Shown: positions 1 to 10,792 of the stretch, one piece after another
Position numbering within the stretch: the first letter of the stretch is position 1
Layout: each line of letters starts with the position of its first letter
From: Macrostomum lignano
Lineage: Eukaryota
Direction of reading: 5' to 3'
Length of the DNA stretch: 64,000 bases
Assembly: GCA_002269645.1 (NCBI GenBank)
Contig: NIVC01000734.1
Location: 196,882 to 260,881, forward strand
The notes under the pieces: model-generated
The model's database searches: none
What the model saw: only the letters and a program-made list of their open reading frames with translations
What the model was told of the DNA's origin: nothing
Made by a program: the position numbers and the translations under genes

Positions 1-312
1 CTTGTGCTTTTAGCTTTGCTGATTTTCATTGTTTATGGAATGAATTTACTTTAATTATTACTTATTGAATTTACTGAATTTACAGAATTAATTTTTATCG
101 AAGGTCGAGTTTCATTCGGGCACCTCTAATAGGAGGACCCGGGTGAGTGTGGGGTTCTGCTAAAGAATTCTCTCGGAAGAATCCTATTGGCTCAGAGGAG
201 TCAATGGAAAGGGGGTGGGCGATGAAGAATTTTATATACAATTCAATTGTGCCCTTCATGTGGCGCTGAACCCATGCCACTCTGCTAAACCGATATCTGA
301 TTATTCCGAACC

Positions 313-3300
313 ATGAAGTTTGTGATTATCTTTAGAGAAGATAGACAAGTAATTGAGGTCGATAGTGAAAGCATACAGCTGCCTGCACATTTAGCTTCGC
401 TAACGGAGGTCGAATGGCTCAATCACAGGCAGTCCACGGATATGTGGAGCTGCAGCGTGACTTACGAAGGGCGCTCCTACACGGCAGTGATTTTGCAAGT
501 AAGTTATGTTATAAATGTGATTCTTTGGCTTGACCTTTAATGACCTTTGTCTTTATAATGGGACTGTCCACCGATATGTGACGTGCCATTTCTATAAAGA
601 AAGATAAACAAAATAGAATGGATTAGAATGGACTAAATAAAATCTGCACTGACAGTTCACACACTTATATTTGATTTATATAACTACGTCACCTTCACGA
701 CTTCCCCGAAAGGTTATTCTGTCAGACGAGTCGATTAGCATCCGCTATATCCGGAAACTCGTGGCGAAAAAGCAACGACTCGGCCTGATCCTCGAAAAGC
801 TGCAACCAAGAGTTTTCACTGAAGCCGACGCCAGAGTAGCAAGACGCACTTATCAAACGCAGGTAAACGTTCAACGGGCCAACATTCGGGATTCTATTCT
901 CAGTATAGTGTTCGGCAGTACGGAGTACAGTTCTCATTAACTTATGTCCTATAGTCTATATGACTCTGCAATCTATAGTATATAACTGTGTATTGGGCAA
1001 GTAAATGTTTAAATCCGCTACAAAAGACAAACACACACATTATTCGCAACAAGTATTCGTCATTTCGTTCCACAGGATATTGAAACAGGCTCCGCATCAG
1101 ACACCGAAGCCTTTTTTGAGGCTCAGGCTGTGAGCGAAGCCGAAGGGAATGCTACATTTAAATTAGCTGACGTGGCACACACAGCCGCCCAATTGCTTCC
1201 AATGTCGCCACCCAACGAGGTTGAGACGGTGAATGAGCCAGTAAGTTTTTCATTTTTTAACCACACACACTCCTTCACCCTGTGTCACTCCTTCTGTCAC
1301 TAAAATGTCACTCCTGCAGTCAGTCAGTCCTTCCGTCACATTTTCGAAACAAGCTGCATTTAATCCAAATCTTAATCACCCCTGTCTGCCGTCTGATTCA
1401 GCCAGAGGACCACGATGCGGATTCGGCGCCACCACCTCTGCGACTCATTGACCACCCTGTCCCTGGGAATCACTCTGAGAACGCGACGCAGTCGGTGAAT
1501 CAGTCAGTAAGTTTATTAGTCTTTTCTAACTTACTCAGCTGGTGTCACTCCTTAACTAATTTTCACTCCTCTTAGTCTCCTCTTGGTCAATCATATCATG
1601 GAGAGAGAGGTAGAGAGAGGTCATAAAGGGTAGACAAATGATCATATGTAGAGGGTAGAGAATCGAGATGATCGGAGAGGGTAAATTTACCTAATCAATC
1701 CAACACCACCACTCACTTACCCCGTCTTATTTAGCCAGAGGACATCGAAGAGGAGCCCGAAGACGCGACGATGAATAACGCGACGATGGCAATGGATGAG
1801 CCAGTACGTCTATTTGTTATGTTGTTATTTTTTCATCTGAGGGGCGCCATATTAAAGGCTCATTCACACCGCCATCAAATAAGGCCAATTTTCGTGTGAT
1901 CACACAAAGGATCACTACCATTCCAGCCACCAACGCCTCGACCGAGGCGCTTGCATCGAGTGGATGATTCCACTGTGCCGAAGGCCGGTACCATCACGTC
2001 TGCCGCTGTCATCACCTCGACTGCTGCCATCACCTCGACCGCTGCCATCACCTCCGCCGCTGCTATCACCTCCTCCGCTGCCATCACTTCCGCTGCTGCA
2101 ACCTCGGAAGTTTTCATTGAGTCAGCTGGAGACCGCTGTCAGTGGCCCTATGCGATACGATCACTGCGAGACCAATTTCAGCGGGCAATTCCTGATCGTA
2201 TTGACAGCAGTCAGGGCCTGTTGTTTGTTCTGCTGACCGTGTTGCGCGAGTCCGAGGTGCGACATGTCCACCAGGAGGCATTAATTAATCGTTTAATTAA
2301 TGAATTGACGGGTTTGCGGGCAGAAGTGATGCGGCTCACTGCAGCATTGGACCCACAGGCTGCGCCGGAGACCAACTTCTGGCCCATTTCAAGTTGGCAG
2401 CAATATGTCGACTTTGTAGTCGAGATGCCCGCAGAGCATTTGACATCGCTGGTAAGTTTTCAATTTATGTCTTCTTTGATAGTATCGTTTTGGATGAACT
2501 TGGAATGAAGTACTTGTAGTAGTATACATTGTCAATTTTGTTAATAGAAGTGAAGAATTATACAATTCAGTACAGGGAAAAGCAATAAGTATAAGCTTAG
2601 TTTCCCATACCAATAAATTCCAAGTCGCTCTTTACAATAGTACAGAATTAAGGAATTAATGTTTTATCTTTTTTCACAGTCCTAAAGTATTATGATTGAT
2701 CAATCATTCCGATTCATTTGCAATATAATTCTTTACTCCTTCACAAAGTATTATTCGCAATTATTTACTCCAGAGGCTTCTAAGGCAGGAGTCATGGCAG
2801 CAGACACTCAGGGCAATGCTGGATTGCACCCTATCTGACCAAATGTAGGCAGTTGTAAATTACAATGGCCAACATTTGCCAGACATAGCCCGAGGCGCCG
2901 GAGTAGAGATGGTCCTAACGGAAAGCCAGATGGCATTTCAGAGTGTCTTTTGTCCGAGATTTCAAGGTAAGAATGGTGTTGTCTCTTCCTTCATTTCCGC
3001 CTGTCTTCATACCCGTCATCCCTGTCATCATGTATAAAAAGAGAGGGAGAAATTTATATTAAAAGAGATTAAAAGAAACGAATAAAAGAGTTTTATTTCA
3101 AAGTACCTAGGAACAAAGACTTACTCGTAAAGACTTACAAGCTAAGTAAAATGCTGCAGCCTATGCCACTTATAATACGTAAACACATTAGCTGACATTA
3201 GTCATCGCGAATGTCTTTTAATTTGCTCATCCGGTCATTGTATTTGTACTTTCTTCACGGTGAATTATCAAGTAGAAGTATACATTTATATCCTGTAGAC

Positions 3301-3759
3301 CTATACAAATTAGACAATTCGAGGATCCCCCAAACTTTAATTTCCACAGATGCCATCACTGTCATATACGGCCTGTCTGAAGACCACGGACGGCCAAAAT
3401 TTGATGATGTGAAGAATGCAGTAATTGACATGCTTAAGCGCGGGAACGACCGAGCGTCAAAGCGATCCCATCGGCGAAAAACAGCTCCAGCGCACCCCGC
3501 CCCCCAGCCGCCGAATGCTGTTGCCGCCGCCACCACTGCTGCTACGCCTCTGCCGCCATCAAGGCGGCGGCTGCAGGCTGCTGCAGTTTCCTCTGCAGTC
3601 AGGGCGACACAGTCGTCAACGCCACGGCTGCCACCTGCTGCCGCCTCTGCTTCATCAACAAGCAGAAGCCACAAAAGGCGAAAGACAGATGGCGCAGCCC
3701 ATCATCCGCGAATCTTGTCTTCCGAAGATGAGCCAGATACATGTACATCGTCTGACTAA
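313..3759 (+). pseudogene. 8-exon DUF4806-like protein gene (probable accessory gene of a CACTA/EnSpm-type transposon) with one in-frame TAG
   Basis: Phase-consistent GT-AG exons: 313-498, 713-862 (acceptor uncertain), 1076-1240, 1402-1506, 1735-1803, 1927-2451, 2774-2966, 3350-3759 (about 600 codons). TAG at 2846-2848 in exon 7. C-terminal segments WPISSWQQY..., TLRAMLDCTLSDQM*AVVNYNG and KFDDVKNAVIDMLKRGNDR resemble DUF4806 proteins (recalled, not searched). Confidence 0.6.
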
Positions 3760-4448
3760 GGCGCCTTAGGCGAAGAACCAATCAATCAAAACCGTCTTTG
3801 GATTTTCCTCCATTATTACTCGACTCAGTGTATTATTATTTTAACTTTGTCCCATGTTCGCTGTCTTGCATGTTTATTCATTTTCATTTACCTATTCTGT
3901 ATTTTGCCCTTCGGATTACTCTACTGTTATTTCATATTTCTGTTACTCGATTACGAATTCCTGTAAATGTTTTACTGTTTTTGCAAATTGTTATAATTGT
4001 AACTCCAAAGTGTAGAAATAATAATATAGTATTTTATTTTGTATATTGTCAATATATTGTCACTCAAGATCTATGAAAACAGTTGCAATATAATATATGC
4101 TACTTAAAGTAAAAATGAAATGAAAATTTCTATATATATATTACGCATAAATTAATATATACGATTTTTTTCTTCAAATTAGTGCGTCTCAAATTGTCTC
4201 AAATGACAACGAGCAAGAACAGGACGAAGTTACAACAAAAACAAAGTGCATTTGGTGCAATGCCTAGCAGTATACAAGGCCTACTGGCCCAGTAGCTGCA
4301 GGGTCGCAAAGCTGGAAAAAAATCCTCCTTTAAAAGATTCTGTTGCTGCATGCTCTTAACATACTACTAACAGTAGGTAAATAGCATATTTTTTCAGAAA
4401 AAATCTACCTTGCGCCCCGGACCCCTCAGGGCACCGACGCGGCGTAGA

Positions 4449-5101
4449 CCCAGCAGTACACTTTGGCGCACAGTCGCCCCCAGTGGGGCGCCGCCATCGG
4501 CGAACTGTTGGGCGCACTGAAATTCCCCACAGGGCAGATTCATGCAATTTTATCACATGCTACTAATAGTAGACTGAAAGGATTTTAAGCTAAAAAATAT
4601 ATGTAACAGGGCGCGCCAGGCGTGTGGACATTAATACCCCTTAACATCTAGTTGCCTGACCAAAAACAGATAGTCGCCGGAATGTCAGGCAGAACGTTTT
4701 TTCCCACTGGGTATTTTTTTGTTTCTTTATCTCATTAGAAAGAATAGAAACTCTTCTTTAACATGTATATTTTGTTTTTACTATAAACATTTTCTATGCT
4801 TAGCAATTTCATTTTTTAAAAACACTATTTTACGATTTTTTGTGTAATTATCAGCTTTATGATAACTTCACTGGAGTCCCTATTTTCAGCTTTGAAAAAG
4901 TTTTTTAAAAATAAATTTTATGCATCAGGATTCAGGATATTGTGGGTGGACATGGCCCTATGCCCACAATGGCGCAGTGTACAATTATGTGTCGTGGCAT
5001 GCCATGCCATTGCACGCCATGGGGTAGGCCCCCTACTTTTTCTAAACTGTAGTACACCGTGTACGCCAAAATTGGCCCAAAATTTCCCTATGTATGCTGG
5101 A
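4449..5101. mobile_element. Degenerate CMC/EnSpm-like terminal repeat region
   Basis: CCCAGCAGTACAC at 4449, TGTATGCTGG near 5092-5100, and CCCAGTGGG/CCCACTGGG inverted pair (about 4489 and 4703-4711), with GGCGCA/GTACAC subterminal motifs. No clear TSD. Confidence 0.3.
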
Positions 5102-6023
5102 ATTTTCTAAGTAAAATGCCATCTTCTTGACTATGGGGTCTCTCTAAAACTTGAAATGCATTTACTAATTGCCAGCCTTAGGCCTAGCCTTCAGCTTTGG
5201 GTTTTATCTATTAGTTAATAAGACAAATTTAGTATATGAGATTAAAACTATAATTATTACTATTTGACATAGTATTATTATTACACTATCAAGTTTGTAT
5301 CAATATAGGCTAGGCCTAGTATTAGGCCTAATAACAGGTGCAGATACAGAAAGTTTTTTGTGAGAAAAGGCAAGCTATAGTATAGGGCCTAGGCCTAGTC
5401 CCTATGCAATGCAATCTATTTTTTGTCTTAGACAAACTGTGGAAACTTGTCAAGTTTATATAGGCCTATAATTATAAGACATTAAAATATTATAATTATT
5501 ATACTATAATTACAAAACTTACCTTTTCCTTAGTTACTTGTCTTAGACAAACTGCGGGAGCTTGTCAAGTTCATATATAATTATAAGACAATAAAATATT
5601 ACACATATCACACTATAATTACAAAACTTACCTTTTCCTTAGTTACTTGCTGTTTCCGAAATTCGAAATTTTTATAAAATATCTAGTATAGGCCTAGCTA
5701 GAAGATAGGAGAAGATATAGAAGATAGGCCCTAGTAACTAAGGTTTACAATTTCAATCCGTGACTGAACTGAACCTGAGCTTGAAGAAGAACCTGAGCTT
5801 GTATGGCAGGCGGATGCCACTTTTGATCGAAGTTCTCAATTGGTGAAAAATTTTGGCTTGGCAAGAACTGTCCGTGCGATGTTCATCCATTTTTCCTCCA
5901 TAGTTTGGAATTGTGCCCAATGTATCCCATTGTGGTTTCCATGTGGTGCGCGACCGTGCCCACGGTCTAAACCGTTTTTTGGAACGAGCTCCTTTACGGT
6001 ATTTTTTTGCGCGATCCAGCGCT

Positions 6024-6771
6024 TGTGCGGTGCCTGTCCATCGCTCAGTCCAGTCACTGCTCCAGCTGGAGAACGGTTTTTTATCTGTATTTAAACCCTC
6101 CATTTTTGAGGCGAATAACTCCCTCTGGTCCCTCCCCTTTTGCGCCTCCTCTTCCGTTTGTTTTCTATTCGCTAGTTTTCTTTACTCGTTATATTTATCC
6201 GGCGCCGCGAACGAATTACTCTCTCGTAGCCTTTAATAATTCAGTACTAATTAATAAGCCTGCTCCATTTAATTTATTAAGAAACTTAATCAACGCCAAA
6301 CCATATTTATTCGTTGAACTATAAGCCATAGTATTTATTGAGTTATTTGCCCGTGGGGCGTAAAACAACCAAGTTCTCATCTCAAAGATAGCTCTGAGAC
6401 TTATCCGTTCCGTAATACGTAAATTACGGTGGTGGCAGCAACTACCCTATTGAAAGTAACGAGCTCAGCAAAACGACACATTAATTTACGGTGCCAACAA
6501 TCTCCGGTGTTTTCATCGCTTTGAACGACCGCGCCGCTACACGACCGCTCTGCTACGATTACGACTACCCTCCCCCCGGACTTGAGAACCCGGCAGTCGG
6601 AGTAAAAGGAGAAGAAAATTCGTTGTGATTCATCTGCGCGATTTTTCGGATTTAATTCGTGCGAACTCAACGTCGGCGGCAATTCAAACGAGGAATCCGC
6701 CCTACCACACTGGTGTCAGCCAATATTTCAAAACCCAAGAATACCAAAAAATTCTTCTCGGCCCCCACCTC
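6024..6771. mobile_element. Solo-LTR-like repeat, copy A
   Basis: TG...CA termini flanked by CGCT (6020-6023 and 6772-6775). 6333-6771 is clearly similar to 11807-12240. Confidence 0.4.
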
Positions 6772-6788
6772 ACGCTTGGGGTTCAGGG

Positions 6789-7486
6789 CAAGGACGACTT
6801 AAGTAGAAGGACGGGAAACCTCGTTTCTTAGAAAATTTTTGAAGGCACTTTTTCCCGAAAAAATACACTGCGGAGATAGGAAATTTTCATTTTTTCAGCA
6901 CAAAAATTGCTATAACTTTTAATAGGAGGCATATCCAGTGTTGATCTTTTGATATGTTGTGCCTTTTTTATTGCTCTATCGATATTTATAAAGCTTTCCG
7001 TTCAGAAAATTAGGATTCTATGTTAATTTTTTATTCTACGTATATTTCCTGTCTCTAAAAATCACAAAAATGCATGACACAGCTCTAATATTTGGTTTTA
7101 TGAATCTATTTTATCATCTATGTTACGACTATTTGCTATACAGTCAGGTAAGAAGGATAAAATAGACTCATAAAATCAAAGAGCCAAGCCGTGGCATTCT
7201 AATGTATTTCAAGCACAAGACACATGAAAATATACGTAGAATAAAAAATTAACATAGAATCCTAATTTTCTGAACGGAAAGCTTTATAAATATCGATAGA
7301 GCAATAAAAAAGGCACAACATATCAAAAGATCAACACTGGATCTGCCTCCTATCAAAAGTTATAGCAATTTTTGTGCTGAAAAAATGAAAATTTCCTATC
7401 TCCGCAGTGTATTTTTTCGGGAAAAAGTGCCTTCAAAAATTTTCTAAGAAACGAGGTTTCCCGTCCTTCTACTTAAGTCGTCCTTG
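6789..7486. mobile_element. Foldback MITE (698 bp) with about 260-bp TIRs and 8-bp TSD; P- or hAT-superfamily-like
   Basis: CAAGGACGAC... (6789 to about 7047) is a near-perfect inverted repeat of about 7228-7486. GTTCAGGG at 6781-6788 and 7487-7494. Confidence 0.9.
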
Positions 7487-8261
7487 GTTCAGGGTTGTGA
7501 GCTAGTAAGAGAGTGTGGTAGTGCGTCTACCACTGAGAGTGAAGTTGATCAAACTGGAAATTTAATTCTCACGAGCTCCCCATTAATTCCCCATTAATTA
7601 ACTTTTGCCTAATTTACTTGATTTTGTCTCTCCACGCTATGCCCCAATTACTGCCCCAAACAATGTAATTCTCCTTAATAATCTTTTTCAATAGGTTTTG
7701 CGTTACAGCCAGCAAAGGATTTCAGTGGTGGCTAACATTTTCCATCCACTGAATCCATGGGTGCCCCGCCTTCTGGTGAGAAAATCTTATTATTTATACC
7801 GTGTTGTCTGGTGCTCGTTTTCCAAACTCTCCACGCCTTTCCTTTACTACTTTTCTCTCCGTTTGTTGTTGTTAAACGGGGGTGGGAAGCTTAGCTGCCC
7901 ACGGATCAGCCCGGGGTGGGCTCTGCCGCGAGGGGCACTACCAGGGGCCAAGGCATTAGCTGTCCAGGGCCCGAGATACCCCAAGGATACATTGGGATTG
8001 GACCCGGCTCAAAGCGCGGGTGGGCGAGTTGACCCAAACCTACGGTACAAGACACCGCCAAACCAACAGTGGAATCAGGGACGGTGCTAGGACCGAGTCC
8101 ACCCAGGCTACCCCCCAGCAGACAGGTCCTCGGGAGCGCGCGAAAAACAGAATTGGAATATTACTGAAAAGCTGTCCAAGAGCGGGGAAACCCAGAAGTC
8201 TTGGAAAGGGCTATCTATTGGAGCGAGTCTGGAAGGCTTGTATCCGAGGGGGAGACTCTAG

Positions 8262-10792
8262 CCCTCGAACGTTGGGGAAAACAATTGTCGGTTTATTATA
8301 TTTGGGGTCCAATGGACCCCTCTGAGTTGATGCATGTTAACAATGCTTTATTGATTATTTATTGTTCAAAGCAAAAAACTACCAATACAATGGCGAACGT
8401 AATACATTAGTCGCATATTATCTCAAGAACATAGCAACTGATTCAGGTACTTTCTAAATGAAATTAGGCAATGAAGCTGAGAGTACTGATTAGTATTTGC
8501 TAATTACTAATTATTGTAACTGCAGTGTAACTACATGTATAATGAATAATGTCTTGCAATTCTACGAATATATTGGAACACGAAGGATAAAGCAGAATTT
8601 GTCAGTAAATAGCACACGAAAAGAAATCTCACTCTGCAGGCTCCCCCATGCATTCGAGGCAGACTGACTGCAGGTGCCCCGAGCAACAGTACCGTTGGCA
8701 GGTAGTGCAGCGTGTGCGAGTTTTGCGATCAGCAGAGCGGCTACACATGTGGCATCTTCCCTTTGGCACTGATGCAACTGGGCGCTGAGGATGATTCTGA
8801 CGTGCTCCTCTCTGGCCAGGCTGTTGCTTCAGCAGTGCCATTCCAAGTGCTTTCAGAAACAGCCTTCTTCGATGGGGCACTGCACTGTAGCTGTCTGGGA
8901 AGACAGCCTGGTGGAGGTAATAGGCGTTAAGGCATGCAATGTTTAGCACATTGCAAAACACGGCTACATGCCATCGTCGTGACTTGTACTTCACTGAGTA
9001 GCACATCGTCATCTGGTCCATCAAGTCCGTGCCTCCTTTAGTCTTATTGTAATCCAGAATTGCTTGCGGCTTTCTTGTTGCGTTGTTAGACACCGCGGGA
9101 CTTCTGTGCTGGCTAGAGAGTAGTAGTACAAGCTTGTTGGGTTTCGCCTTGTAAGCAAGCAGTTGGATCTGATCTTCAGTTGTGTAAACAAACTCAGTTG
9201 AGTACAGCTCACGTCCTTGATGGTTTCGCATCTCCAGCGGCACTTCCCGTCTGTGCAGCCGTATTGAACCTAGCAGCGACATATTCCTTTGCAGTAAATA
9301 TCTTGCTAGTGCTAGAGAGCAGAAGAAATTGTCGACGGTCACTCCAATTACTGATCCTTGTAACCCTTCCGTCAACTTCAAAACGACGTGCTCACCAAGG
9401 CTTGCCTCACGCTCTTCCTCGCGGCCAACATACATATTGATATTCCAGCAGTACCCAGTAGCCGCATCGTTTAGGCACCAGAACTTCAGCCCATACTTGG
9501 CAGGCTTCTTTGGCATGTACTGTATGTAGCTGCATCTTCCTCTATAGGGAAACAGCTGTTCGTCTACAGTAACAGCTTCATTAGGAAAGTAACTCTTCTG
9601 TGAGTTCTGGACAAGTCCGTCAAGCTCACAGCGGCAAGCTTATCTCTTTGCAGTCGCGCATTTCGAGTTTCGCGGTTGTCAAATCGCAGAAATCGGCGAA
9701 TAGTCTTGAAGCGCGTCAAAGACATGGAGTTCTTGAAAACCTTTCTTCCGAATTCCTCACTCCAGAGCTCATCGATGCTCTCCATGCTTCCTTTGAATAC
9801 TCCGCGAAGAATGTTTAGGCCAATGAAGGCATTGATTTCCTCTCTGGTAGTTGGATTCCAAGCATTTCCAAGAACTCTCCTAGCTTCGCGGTTGGTCTCT
9901 ATCACAATTGTGTCAACCATGTCATTGTCAAAGATGACGTGGAAAGCCGACTCTTCATCATGAATGCGTGCTGCAGCGTAAGCTGTGATTCCTGGTCTAT
10001 TGCGCAAGATGTTACAGGCTGGCCCCTGTCCAGGACGTGAAGTTTCATGGTGCCATACTTGACCACTAGGACTGCGATAACTTCTTTCAACATCACCAGC
10101 AGCAGCTGCGGCAGCAACAGGTGATGCTGGCCTTGATGAATCACTAGATGCGTCTTCAACATCGGGCAAATCAATATCTTGTTCGGCTTCAGCAATATCC
10201 GAAAGAGCCTCGTCTTCGTCCGATACTTCAGCGTCAATATGGGCTTCTGGGTGAGCAACTGGTTGGTTCATAATCACTTCAAGAGCTCTAGACTTAGCAG
10301 CTCTTACGACCATCGGTCTAGAAGAAGCCATTTTGCAAATTTTCGCAAATACTTGCTGAGTAAATGCTTGGTATAGTAGTTTTCTCTATGAATCAGCTGG
10401 AAAATCTTTTGTTATAGAATAGCTATTTTCACAAGATTAGGGCAAGAGGGTGCTCCTTATATACCCATCAGCTATATATAGAATATTCTAGAAATAGAAA
10501 ATATTAGAAAGTTTAGAAAATATTGAACCGCCCCAACCGACTTTATGTGTTTCAACTATATAAATATAGAAAATTAGTTACGGGGTCCACTGGACCCCAA
10601 GAACCCCAATATAATAAGTTCACTTGGTGAACTGGGCTTATATAAAATAAGAACAACGATGCTTATACGGTTGAATACCTTCAAAAATAATAATTCTCCT
10701 AGCATCTGGTTGTTTTAACATAATATTTAGTATGATTTAATTCTAACTAAAGATACCGTTGGGGTCCAATGGACCCCAAAATCTTTCGAGGG
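8262..10792 (-). mobile_element. Full-length piggyBac-superfamily DNA transposon (2531 bp) with CTAG target-site duplication
   Basis: CTAG (8258-8261)|CCCTCGAA ... TTCGAGGG|CTAG (10793-10796). Palindromic subterminal GGGGTCCA(A/C)TGGACCCC at 8304-8320, 10582-10598 and 10761-10777. Internal transposase. Confidence 0.92.
8629..10331 (-). pseudogene. piggyBac (PGBD4-like) transposase with a single frameshift
   Basis: ORF 10331-9564 and ORF 9516-8629 join through a frameshift near 9610-9630. Catalytic motifs VTVDEQ, VTVDNFF and GGTDLMD, plus MPKKPAKYG and a C-terminal Cys-rich domain (CHMC...CTTC...CC..H...C..C). Confidence 0.9.

Noticed and set aside
8337-8340. TTAA as the piggyBac end
   Set aside because: No matching TTAA/TIR at the other end; the inverted CCCTCGAA termini with CTAG fit exactly.
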